Source: Macrostomum lignano (taxonomy: Eukaryota). Taken from it: a DNA stretch of 64,000 nucleotides. Positions 12,001 to 22,744 of the stretch are shown one piece after another. The notes beneath the pieces were generated by a model that saw only the letters and a list, made by a program, of their open reading frames with translations, was not told the DNA's origin and did not search any database. How positions within the stretch are numbered: the first letter of the stretch is position 1; each line of letters opens with the position of its first letter. The stretch covers positions 1-64,000 of the forward strand of contig NIVC01002011.1 of the NCBI GenBank assembly GCA_002269645.1, written 5' to 3'. The translations under genes were made by a program, and so were the position numbers.

Positions 12001-15000
12001 CATCTCAATATCCCACACAGCACTGGAGAAGCTGGATGCCTCATCTCAATATCCCACACAGCACTGGAGAAGCTGGATGCCTCATCTCAATATCCCACAC
12101 AGCACTGGAGAAGCTGAATGCCTCATCTCAATATCCCACACAGCACTGGAGAAGCTGGATGCCTCATCTCAATGCCCCACACAGCACTGGAGAAGCTGAA
12201 TGCCTCATCTCAATATCCCACACAGCACTGGAGAAGCTGGATGCCTCATCTCAATATCCTCCATAGCACCGGAGAAGCTGGATGCCCCATTTCAATGCCC
12301 CACACAGCACTAGAGAAGCTGGATGCCTCATCTCAATATCCCACACAGCACTGGAGAAGCTGGATGCCTCATCTCAATGCCCCACACAGCACTGGAGAAG
12401 CTGAATGCCTCATCTCAATATCCCCCACAGCACTGGAGAAGCTGGATGCCTCATCTCAATATCCTCCATAGCACCGGAGAAGCTGGATGCCCCATTTCAA
12501 TGCCCCACACAGCACTAGAGAAGCTGGATGCCTCATCTCAATATCCCACACAGCACTAGAGAAGCTGGATGCCTCATCTCAATATCCTCCATAGCACCGG
12601 AGAAGCTGGATGCCCCATTTCAATGCCCCACACAGCACTAGAGAAGCTGGATGCCTCATCTCAATATCCCACACAGCACTGGAGAAGCTGGATGCCTCAT
12701 CTCAATATCCTCCATAGCACCGGAGAAGCTGGATGCCCCATTTCAATGCCCCACACAGCACTAGAGAAGCTGGATGCCTCATCTCAATATCCCACACAGC
12801 ACTGGAGAAGCTGGATGCCTCATCTCAATGCCCCACACAGCAGCGGCAGGCACCTCAACCCTGTCGAACACCCAGGCGTCCAGCAGTTTCGTGTTCCCCT
12901 TGCCGAACTCCTCGTCCCCGGGCGGGTAGCTATGCGCCCGAATGTGCAGCGCGGATCTGCCGAACATGTCCACAATGTCCGGGCTGCCCCAGGCCCAGGT
13001 GCGCTGCGACTGGTTGAACAGGTGGTCGAATTCAACGGCGTTTTCGCTCCAGCCTGCGAAAAATTGAAAAAATTGAACATTAAATGAAAGCGATTAGAGT
13101 GCTCAGCATGTTGCGCTCAATAGTGATTGAGTGATTTTGCTTTGTACCTGGCTTCAGAAATGGTTAAGAGCTTCTTTCAGTGCTGCAGGTGTTCAGGGCA
13201 GGTGTTTAGGGATGATGATCATAGTTGGTGTTTAGGGATGATGATCATAGTTGGTGTTTAGGGATGATGATCATAGTTGGTGTTTAGGGCTGATGATCAT
13301 AGTTGGTGTTTAGGGATGATGATCATAGTTGGTGTTTAGGGCTGATGATCATGGTTGGTGTTTAGGGCTGATGATCATGGTTGGTGTTTAGGGCTGATGA
13401 TCATGGTTGGTGTTTAGGGCTGATGATCATGGTTGGTGTTTAGGGCTGATGATCATGGTTGGTGTTTAGGGCTGATGATCATGGTTGGTGTTTAGGGCTG
13501 ATGATCATGGTTGGTGTTTAGGGCTGATGATCATGGTGGGTGTTTAGGGCTGATGATCATGGTTGGTGTTTAGGGGCTGATGATCATGGTTGGTGTTTAG
13601 GGCTGATGTTCAGGGTTGATGTTCAGGGCGGATGTTCAGGGTTGATGTTCAGGGCGGATGTTCAGGACTGTTCAGGGCCGTATGTCGGACTGTTAGTTTA
13701 GTGAAGACTTAGGAGACTATTGAACTAAAATGGCACACCATTCTGACACCTTAGTGATACCATTATCAACTAACCCGCATCGCAGGCCAGAGACCCCGCT
13801 CACCCTTAGTCACGGAGGCCACGTCTTCGTAAAAGCCGGCAATGATGGCCACGTGACCCGGCCGCGATTCGGTCGGCACCCGGGTGTGCGACAGGCCCCA
13901 CGAGCCGGAGCGGCGCAGCACGCCTCTGCGGGGGTCGGTGATGAAATCCGGGGGTAAGAGTACATGCAGTCACGGGGTGATGAGATCCGGGGGTAAGAGT
14001 ACATGCAGTCACGGGGTGATGAGATCCGGGGGTAAGAGTACATGCAGTCACGGGGTGATGAGATCCGGGGGTAAGAGTACATGCAGTCACGGGGTGATGA
14101 GATCCGGGGGTAAGAGTACATGCAGTCACGGGGTGATGAAAAAATTAGAAAGTCAGGGCTATAAAACTCCATTAAAATTGAGTCGTCAAAATAATCGATA
14201 TTAAAAATATTTTAAAGCCTAAGATTTCCCGATTTGGTGTTTTTTCTAATATGCGGTTTTTCGCGGAGCAGAAAAAACTGCTTTAAAAAGTAAACTGTGG
14301 AGAGTTAGAAAGAGCTGCAATTTCCTTTGCCAGTTTCTGCCAATAAACTTGTCAAACTGCCTCTGCTCTTCGGACCAAGCACAGCACATTGGTTTCCTGT
14401 GGATGTACTCTGCACAGAACAAGGTGTCAATTTTTGCAGCTAAAAACAAAAAACTTACTACAGTTTTTTTATAAAGTACCAAAAGTTCTTTTACAACCCG
14501 CAGTCCTGGACAAACCAGTCGTCTTCTGTAGACAGTCCTTCCGGTACAACCTCAAATACTATAACAACTGGATGGGCCACTCAGCCATATTGGCTAAAAC
14601 TGTGTCTCTACTTTCAGCTCAGTAGCAAGGCAGAATGCGTCAGCTATTTTGTAAAAAGACAGGCAGTTGGAGTGACTCACAGACGCCAACACAACTGGCT
14701 ATTCGTGCAGCTGTAATGTACATTAGCCAGCCAGAGCCACTGAGAATGTACATGCCAGCTTTAGACTGGAACACCGACGAGGGCAATAAAACTGAGCGGC
14801 TGGGGAGTCAGAGGGCCAATAAATGAGTATCGTCTTAAAATACGTTAAAATGCGTCCAGTTAAACTGCCTACTGAACTGGAAGTAGCTTATGCGCAAATA
14901 TGCTGACTGGTCCCATCTAGTTATTACTAGTCTACACCGACTCATTTGTAACCAATTCTCAAGCCGAATTCCTCTGTATTAGTTTAAAGTTATTAATGAA

Positions 15001-15323
15001 CTACTAACAGTAGAGAAAATACAACGATAAAGCACAAGCAACGAAGAAAAATCCTACTTTAAAAACGGCATCGCGTCCAGGTTGCCAAACACTTTGTCGG
15101 CCCGAATGCCGTCAGCTACGAACAGGACTAGGCGCTTGGCTGTTGCCGCGCCGGCATCCGCCCCCGAGTCCGCCCCGGCGGGATAGGGCGATTCGGCGGT
15201 GCGCAGTTGAACAAACGATCGGGACTTGACCAGCTCGGAGGTGAAGTAGATGTCAAATATGGAGTAGAATAGCAGCAGGTGCAGCAGCACCGCTAGAAGG
15301 CCGGCGGTCCAGGCCGGGGCAGC
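1..15323 (-). CDS. PIGN: GPI ethanolamine phosphate transferase 1 (PIG-N/Mcd4), multi-exon, 3' end truncated by window edge; 3' exons carry frameshifts
   Basis: Exons (minus strand): 15058-15323, 13804-13925, 12854-13053, 11799-11920, 11098-11455, 7462-7692, 6284-6363, 4735-4909, 3410-3798, 2598-2682, 1879-2316, 432-485, 272-349, <1-108. All have GT-AG boundaries, and the first seven are phase-consistent. Diagnostic motifs: [49 protein letters not shown] (catalytic Ser motif), [92 protein letters not shown]. Confidence 0.96.
125..232. repeat. 22-bp minisatellite (ttatttggggtgagaagggcga), about 5 copies, acceptor side of a PIGN intron
   Basis: Visible tandem units ending just before the acceptor at 109-111. 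Confidence 0.9.
555..1555. mobile_element. Non-autonomous DNA transposon (MITE/foldback-like) with ~29-bp TIRs and TA target site
   Basis: Left end CCCGTATGAAAGTGGGACTGTCACATTTT (555-583) matches the reverse complement of 1527-1555 (CCCCGTATAAAGTGGCACTGTCACATTTT). TA flanks both ends (553-554, 1556-1557). Both arms are dense in TGTGAC/GTCACA motifs. Confidence 0.75.
1572..1835. repeat. Degenerate ~37-39-bp minisatellite (acaaagacctgagggtcagggtcaataacccacca)
   Basis: Repeated ACAAAGACCTGA cores next to the U12 donor. Confidence 0.8.
2790..3398. repeat. ~32-bp minisatellite (cacacagcagacccaatcccagcaccggggat)
   Basis: Tandem units filling PIGN intron 2683-3409, beginning about 10 bp after the donor. 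Confidence 0.95.
3925..4700. repeat. 16-bp minisatellite (tgactcaatctcaccc)
   Basis: Tandem units in PIGN intron 3799-4734. Confidence 0.95.
4932..6281. repeat. 20-bp minisatellite (gactgtaatgtgtYtgagct), about 67 copies
   Basis: Fills almost all of PIGN intron 4910-6283, starting at the donor. Confidence 0.97.
6812..7456. repeat. Two adjacent 20-bp minisatellites (cccagcgtcactccttcctt, 6812-7152; accaaagcccaacccatccc, 7160-7456)
   Basis: Tandem units; the second abuts the donor at 7461. Confidence 0.95.
7697..8222. repeat. 22-bp minisatellite (gagcaattggggattccggttt)
   Basis: Tandem units abutting the acceptor at 7693-7695. Confidence 0.95.
8671..9147. repeat. 58-bp minisatellite, about 8 copies
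   Basis: Unit ttatccatcgcaggtcagcatagcagctgccttgagccacaacagaagcgaggattga. Confidence 0.95.
9950..11090. repeat. 19-bp minisatellite (ggttgggtcacaggagaca) with 22-bp variants
   Basis: Tandem units abutting the PIGN donor at 11097. Confidence 0.95.
11975..12840. repeat. 41-bp minisatellite (cacagcactggagaagctggatgcctcatctcaatatccca)
   Basis: Tandem units starting about 12 bp after the PIGN donor at 12853. Confidence 0.95.
13200..13610. repeat. 26-bp minisatellite (ggtgtttagggctgatgatcatggtt)
   Basis: Tandem units in PIGN intron 13054-13803. Confidence 0.93.
13935..14140. repeat. 39-bp minisatellite, about 5 copies
   Basis: Unit gtgatgagatccgggggtaagagtacatgcagtcacggg, abutting the acceptor at 13926. 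Confidence 0.93.
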
Positions 15324-15705
15324 CTGAGGGAGGAGTTAATTGCTATTTGCACTAGAGGCAAATGGACTAGCGGGTTACTAATGATGCTTGAGCTAATAAG
15401 CCTGAGTGCTGACTGGCAAACAGAAATGTGAAGCAAGAAAAGGAGATCGGAAGCTGCCACACTATCATGACTTAACCATTGACATTTCATGTTGTGAAGT
15501 GATTGCGTTTGATTCAGTTATCATTTAGTTGAGCTAGTTGAGCTGGTCTCAAGCAGTTGCTAGTGTAAACAATCCATGGTCCGAAAAAGTCAGGATAAGG
15601 ATCCGAATAGATTAATTTGCGATACAACAATCTGTTAAGGAAGTAGCCAGCAAGCGACTTGGTATTTTTGCATTTTTATTGCAACAGTTGTAATTAGCAA
15701 CAAAA

Positions 15706-16066
15706 GGGGGGCCGTAGCCCAGCGGTAGCGCAGCTGCTCTGGTGTGCCGCGACCCAGGCTCGATTCCAAGTGCAGCCACATTAATTTGGGGCTGAATTGG
15801 AATCTTGGCTTGGCTCGCTTGTGCAATTAACGGCCTTGAGAGCCAACCCCCCAAGGCGCAGTGAAGTGTACATGCCTAACAATTGATAAAGTTAGGGCCG
15901 CTGTACACTCCTGTGTGAGTGTGTGCCTGCGTAACGTATCCGCGCGCTTGTATGCCTGCTCAGGGGAGTCGGCGGAATGGGCAGCAATGCCTCTCGCCGG
16001 TTGTGTGCCTATGTCGCCTAAAGTGCGCCAGGGTGCACACAACCCCCCTGCCTCTAATAAAAAAAA
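15706..16066 (+). mobile_element. Full-length tRNA-derived SINE with A-rich tail and 10-bp TSD
   Basis: A-box TAGCCCAGCGG (from 15715), B-box-like GGCTCGATTCC, tRNA-like head 15706-15780, tail TAATAAAAAAAA. TSD AATTAGCAAC at 15692-15701 and 16067-16076. Confidence 0.82.
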
Positions 16067-16711
16067 AATTAGCAACCAACCCTGTCTCTGACGAGCGCGG
16101 TGTCCCTAGCGAGCACCTAAGACTAAGAGTAGAAGAAACGTATTTGATAATTAGGACACCCGTCAGCTACAAGACTCAAAAATATATTTATAGAAACGAA
16201 AAGCCGAAATTAAATACAGCACGCAGTGGCATCCATACAGTGCAGGGGTGTCAAAGAAACAGCTACAGACGCATGTGACAAAGGATCGCTTATTGTGCGA
16301 CGTCACGACCCGTCCAGTGTAAGACAGAAGACGCGATGCTGAACCAGCTGGTTAATGAAAGGGCAGTCAGACATAGTGCCCTCATTCATCCTCACACAGC
16401 CGCTGTAGTGCAGGAGAAAGCTATCTACTATTCCTTCCCCCATCCCCCACAATTAAACCCCTCATCTAATGCAGCAGGTAGACACGAACACAAATACGTC
16501 ACAGCGTTTTGCATCACGCAAAAACATTTGCTAAACCGTTTTCCTTTGCAGTTCCCTTAAGCTCGGGACGAACAAAGAGTTTAGTGATAAATTTCGTCAC
16601 GAGGAATATTTAAAAGGTGATAGCTCGTAAGAGTGCGATTATTTCAAGTGGAAAAGATTTTAATAGTGTATCTTTATCAAAGATGGGGTGTGCATTTAGC
16701 ACAAAGTGGCG

Positions 16712-16835
16712 CAAGGAAATATGCTGGATTCAGTGCGGAATGACGCAAGGAAATATGCTGGATTCAGTGCGGAATGACGCAAGGAAATATGCTGGATTCA
16801 GTGCGGAATGATGCAAGGAAATATGCTGGATTCAG
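16712..16835. repeat. 34-bp minisatellite (gcaaggaaatatgctggattcagtgcggaatgac), 3-4 copies
   Basis: Visible tandem units. Confidence 0.85.
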
Positions 16836-17171
16836 CGCAAATGCCCGACCTAGTGTCAGATTAATTCTATCTGTCAGCAATGCATCTGCATGGCTTGGCA
16901 CTCGCATAGCTTGCTAATCCTTGATCGCATTGGTCCATTATCACCCCTTTACCCATTGGGCCAGATTGCCCGGATTTTACAGTCGAACACTAATGAATAA
17001 TTCAAGTCTATTTTTTATCATTTCAATGCAAAAGCGTTCACATGGCCGGCGATGAAAGGTTTATATACAAAATTAAAATAACATTTGTGGAAAATTTATA
17101 TGACGGTGAAAAAAGAATGAAAACAGACAGCTTCGTGAGCTGAAGTCGATTTTTAGTGGTAAGCTAGCTAT

Positions 17172-17482
17172 ATGGCGATATTCTGGCAGGCGATTCCTAC
17201 TGACAGGTGAAGGGCGATATTCTGGGAGGCGCTTCCTACTGACAGGTGAAGGGAGATATTCTGGCAGGCGATTCCTACTGACAGGTGAAGGGAGATATTC
17301 TGGGAGGCGATTCCTACTGACAGGTGAAGGGAGATATTCTGGGAGGCGCTTCCTACTGACAGGTGAAGGGCGATATTCTGGGAGGCGATTCCTACTGACA
17401 GGTGAAGGGCGATATTCTGGGAGGCGATTCCTACTGACAGGTGAAGGGCGATATTCTGGGAGGCGATTTCTACTGACAGGTG
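17172..17482. repeat. 39-bp minisatellite, about 8 copies (gtgaagggcgatattctgggaggcgattcctactgacag)
   Basis: Visible tandem units. Confidence 0.93.
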
Positions 17483-17984
17483 AAAGATTTCGAAACAGGA
17501 AAGTATAAAAATAAAAACTAAAGATGAGTAAAATCTACACACAAACAGAGAGCAATGACCCGCCATTCTATAATAATAAAACGTGCTCGCAGACGAAAGG
17601 AGGCTGGTTGAGCGAGAGCATAAATAAAGCAATTACTGCCCTATTAAAATAATGATTTATGACAGTCTCTTAAGCATCATCAAAGAGGGGGCAGATAATT
17701 AAACCGCACGTGGCTAACGACCGGGCCCAGAAAGAAAATAGGCAAGAACCTTCTTCTTTTTGACAAAGAGTCGGTCGGTCAGGGCGGATGGCCAAATAAA
17801 ATAGACTCCTCCCCTGATCATAAGATGCAGATATTAAACTATACACTGTGCCATTAGGGAAAATTCTGTTTACAGTCCTACGACGTAATAATGGTGTATT
17901 TACAGCTCAGGGTTATAAAGAATTGCGTAGCTAAAACTAATTTTATTAGTGCTCAGCAGTCCACGCAATGCTGAATGCATGAAA

Positions 17985-18440
17985 CTAGTAGAATTCTAAT
18001 GTTATGTGAAACTGGAATTTTAACATCATGTGAAGCTGGAATTCTTATGTCATGTGAAGACTGGAATTCTAATGTCCTGTGAAGCTGGAATTCTAATGTC
18101 CTGTGAAGCTGGAATTCTAATGTCCTGTGAAGCTGGAATTCTGATGTCCTGTGAAGCTGGAATTCTAATGTCCTGTGAAGCTGGAATTCTAATGTCCTGT
18201 GAAGCTGGAATTCTGATGTCCTGTGAAGCTGGAATTCTAATGTCTTGTGAAGCTGGAATTCTGATGTCTTGTGAAGCTGGAATTCTAATGTCCTGTGAAG
18301 CTGGAATTCTAATGTCTTGTGAAGCTGGAATTCTGATGTCTTGTGAAGCTGAAATTCTAATGTCTTGTGAAGCTGGAATTCTGATGTCATGTGAAGACTG
18401 GAATTCTAATGTCCTGTGAAGCTGGAATTCTAATGTCTAA
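17985..18440. repeat. 24-bp minisatellite (tgtgaagctggaattctaatgtcc)
   Basis: Visible tandem units. Confidence 0.93.
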
Positions 18441-19023
18441 TAATGTATAATGCTGGTCTCCTTGACTAATGCCTCGTAATTTACAGCTGGTACCACACAA
18501 GATATTTGCAATGATAAAACGAAGTTTACAGTTTGCAAAGTACACAAAATATATATCTTGGCTACATCTTCGAGCCCGCATGCCCCCAGATCTCGGATAC
18601 GGGTAATTTCCGTCAAAGATAGCTAGTAACGCAGTCCAGTCTGCAGCTGCGTTGGCTCAGCAAGTGAGTCTGAGAAGCCACTGCGGAAAGATACATCTCG
18701 CCATAGAGATACAACAGCCCAGAAAGCGAGAGACAGAGTAACTCGAGAAGCTCAAGCCCGCATTAAAATCACGCAGGCAGTCTACACACGGGAAAACACT
18801 GCAGAAAGGATAAAAGCGAACAGAATGCGCGATCGTACTGAAACAGCTGACTGACTCCAGCATTCATTGGCCACAGCACTTTTTTGCCGATTTACGTCAC
18901 AAGCCGAGGCATTGGCTGCAGGCGGCCTGGATTGCATGCGCAATGCCGAAAAGGGAGAATTATCCCGCATCCGAGCTATGTGCGAGGAGAAGGGATGATG
19001 GAGCCGGGAGGCTGCGAGAGGGG

Positions 19024-19031
19024 GTATAAAA
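19024..19031 (+). promoter_or_regulatory. Candidate TATA box upstream of the two-TM orphan gene
   Basis: GTATAAAA about 100 bp upstream of the ATG at 19132. Confidence 0.35.
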
Positions 19032-19131
19032 ATTCCTAAAAATGCTGTTTTAAACCTGCCTGCCTGAAGAATCGCTGCTAAACAATCAGAACGCACTTCC
19101 CACTGCTCCATTGTAGCTAAGAACTGTAGCA

Positions 19132-20714
19132 ATGCTGCCGGTAAACAATTCAGCTCAGGACAAACAGAAGGAAACTCTGGATGTTGAGAGTCAAAAGCAT
19201 ACTAGTAGACTGCGCTCGGTGAGTTGCGCGGGTGTCTCCATAGCATGACTGACCAACAAAAGCATCTCAGGAAGGTGTCTCCATAGCATGACTGACCAAC
19301 AAAAGCATCTCAGGAAGGTGTCTCCATAGCACGACTGACCAACAAAAGCATCTCAGGCGGGTGTCTCCATAGCATGACTGACCAACAAAAGCATCTCAGG
19401 AAGGTGTCTCCAGAGCATGACTGACAAACAAAAGCATCTCAGGAAGGTGTCTCCTTAGCACGACTGACCAACAAAAGCATCTCAGGCGGGTGTCTCCATA
19501 GCATGACTGACCAACAAAAGCATCTCAGGAAGGTGTCTCCATAGCATGACTGACAAACAAAAGCATCTCAGGAAGGTGTCTCCATAGCACGACTGACAAA
19601 CAAAAGAATCTCAGGCGGGTGTCTCCATAGCATGACTGACAAACAAGAGCATCTCAGGCGGGTGTCTCCATAGAATGACTGACAAACAAGAGCATCTCAG
19701 GCGGGTGTCTCCATAGAATGACTGACAAACAAGAGCATCTCAGGAGGGTGTCTCCATAGCATGACTGACCAACAAGAGCATCTCAAGAGGGTGTCTCCAT
19801 AGCATGACTGACCAACAAGAGCATCTCAGGAGGGTGTCTCCATAGCATGACTGACCAACAAAAGCATCTCAGGCGGGTGTCTCCATAGAATGACTGACAA
19901 ACAAGAGCATCTCAGGAAGGTGTCTCCATAGAATGACTGACAAACAAGAGCATCTCAGGAGGGTGTCTCCATAGCATGACTGACCAACAAGAGTATCTCA
20001 GGAGGGTGTCTCCATAGCATGACTGACCAACAAAAGCATCTCAGGAGGGTGTCTCCATAGAATGACTGACCAACAAGAGCATCTCAGGAGGGTGTCTCCA
20101 TAGAATGACTGACAAACAAGAGCATCTCAGGCGGGTGTCTCCATAGCATGACTGACCAACAAGAGCATCTCAGGAGGCTGCCTTCACAACTTGACCGAAC
20201 CGCCTGACTCAAGAAGAAAAGCTTCTTTTTAGTAATCTTTGCAAAAACAACCCGTTTATAAAATCAGGCAATCGTGTCCACCGGCCGATCGGCGCTGCGA
20301 TGCCTGCGAGTCGGCGATTCGTCCGTGCAGCTGTCCGACAGCGACCGTGAAGAGTTGGTGGTCGCCCATCGCTACCTGTGGATCAGCGCGGCCGTATTAG
20401 CTGTATTAATAGTCACCGCCGTGAACCTTTTGCCGAAAAAGTTCAACTTTCCGATTCACCCGTCAGTAATACTGCTCACTGTGCCGGCATCCGTGTGCAT
20501 CATCGGCATGGTGACTGGCTGCTGCCTGCACGCCAGAGTCTACCAGAGGAACTGCCGACACAGCAGCGGTAGCGGCCACTTTAGTTGCTGCTGCTGCTGC
20601 GGCAGAGCCGGCCGAGGAGGCGACAGAGACGGCGGCTACCTGCTGCAGCCGATGGTACGCGCTGGCGGCGTTGGGCCAAGCGAGACTCAAGAGAGCTTAG
20701 CCTTGAACGGTTGA
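19132..20714 (+). CDS. Uncharacterised 177-aa two-transmembrane protein (exons 19132-19218, 20268-20714)
   Basis: ATG CTG CCG...CGC TCG|gtgagt donor and aaatcag|GCA ATC GTG acceptor, phase 0/0. Two hydrophobic segments (YLWISAAVLAVLIVTAVNLL; VILLTVPASVCIIGMVTGCCL) and a Cys cluster (SCCCCCG). Confidence 0.72.
19230..20178. repeat. 43-bp minisatellite (gtgtctccatagcatgactgaccaacaaaagcatctcaggaag)
   Basis: Fills the intron of the two-TM gene, starting about 11 bp after the donor. Confidence 0.95.
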
Positions 20715-21344
20715 GGCTAGACCAAAGACACTGTGACTTTGCATTCCACCGACCGTGTGAGCAGTGAAGCAGCCACTTTGTGGTGAAACAGAGCGGACGG
20801 CTCGTTCTAGTTTCCGTCGTACCATACTAAACGGCATGATAATTGTTCCATTAAAAGTTAGCAACGGACGCTTTGTTTTCATTTTCATTTTAGCACCCCT
20901 TCGTTCGTTTGTAAATTTGTAGTTCTTTGAGTTTCGAAATGGTTTATTCCTGAAAATTTCATTTCATTGTTGCGTACGTGTTCGACCTTCGCGTCAACTT
21001 GAGCAAAGCATCGCTACGGACAATAGAAAATTATTTTACACTAGCAACATAAATGTGTAGCATAGTTGATCTATCAGTGTCAGAGTTACATCTGGTGGAA
21101 ATATATACATGTACCGTCCATACATCTCTACACAATAGGGCAGTCTCGTAAACACAGCAAGCAACAATTGGTGCCGAAATGCAGTTGAAAGGAAATCGAA
21201 AAAATGGGATCAAGGAAGAGGCACAGTAGCAATAGAAATAATAAAGAGTGTAGAAACTGAAAATTTCAACAATGCGATTCATTCATTCAGTATCAGTCAT
21301 TGTAATACCAGTAGCGTGCTAACTAGTACAGAACCTGCGACAGG

Positions 21345-21610
21345 ACAGGGATTAGAGTAGAAGCGTGTAAAAGTGCAGGGATTAGAGTAGAAAGGTGTAA
21401 AAGTGCAGGGATTAGAGTAGAAAGGTGTAAAAGTGCAGGGATTAGAGTAGAAAGGTGTAAAAGTGCAGGGATTAGAGTAGAAAGGTGTAAAAGTGCAGGG
21501 ATTAGAGTAGAAAGGTGTAAAAGTGCAGGGATTAGAGTAGAAGCGTGTAAAAGTAAAGGGATTTAATAGAAAGGTAAGAAAGGTTTAAGAGTCCAGGGAT
21601 TAGAGTAGAT
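21345..21610. repeat. 30-bp minisatellite (cagggattagagtagaaaggtgtaaaagtg)
   Basis: Visible tandem units. Confidence 0.9.
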
Positions 21611-21849
21611 AGGTGTAAAGGTTGTAACTGCAAATTATGCATAGTACACTCACAATAAGAAGGGAGAAATTGATAACCAGCAAAGCAAAGGTGCGACAAG
21701 GTGCGATATTGTACACAAAAATTGTCAAACTAAGTACTCGTAAATTAGAGGATTAAAATATTTTGCTTATTAATTGATTAATTTTATCCCGATGCAAGAT
21801 TACAGGGACTGATCTAGTATCCCATGATTCAAATCCTGAACCCAATGAC

Positions 21850-22075
21850 CTACATGACCTTGAATCCCGTGACCTACATACATGACCTTGAGTCCCATGA
21901 CCTACACACATGACCTTGAATCCCGTGACCTACATACATGGCCTTGAATCCCATGACCTACATACATGACCTTGAATCCCGTGACCTACATACATGACCT
22001 TGAATCCCTTGACCTACACACATGACCTTGAATCCCGTGACCTACACACATGACCTTGAGTCCCATGACCACATA
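21850..22075. repeat. 30-bp minisatellite (catgaccttgaatcccgtgacctacataca)
   Basis: Visible tandem units. Confidence 0.9.
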
Positions 22076-22744
22076 CACAATCTACCAATTCAAACCATTA
22101 ATTCTTACGGCGCAGAATTTCTGACAGAAGATTGTTAAGATCGGATAAGCGAATCTCGTGATCCAGCAGGCATAATCAATTTTTCATTTAGCTTTAAAAT
22201 TGATGCAGCATTTTATACTCCGGGAAAACAAAACCAAACTGGCAATAAATCCCCAGCCCGATGGTCAGTGTTTACAGACCGGTGACAGACTGACCGGATA
22301 AGCCCCAGCAAAGATAATGCACTCAGATTCGCGAGGTCACGCAAGTTCAAGGCTCGCAGCGATTAGCCTGTCCACGATTTGGCCTTCCTTCTTTCTCTCT
22401 GTCTCTGCTCTTTGTCAAACAAGCTGGCGGGCTGTACAGCCGAGGAGCAAAAAAACACAAGCTGATCCCAGGCCAGGCAGAGCCAGGTGCCTCAAGGCTG
22501 ACTAGAATGGTAATTACCCTGTTGGCTGCAGCTTACAGGGGATTCCTGGACAAAATTGCCGGTAGGACAGATAATAACTAGGCAGGCTGGCCAACGCAAA
22601 GTGGGCACTGATTCTCATGCGGAATGCACAGAACGCATACAGGTGCTGCACATTTACCCTTAATAAATGCTCAAAAACTATCCAACCTAAAATCTAAAAA
22701 AACTAAAGATGAAGATGAAGGATATGAAACTGGATTCTGAAGAG

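Noticed and set aside
18630-18855. Arg/Glu-rich open frame (SESEKPLRKDTSRHRD...RMRDRTETAD) reminiscent of Helitron N-termini
   Set aside because: Compositional similarity only; no Rep or helicase motif nearby
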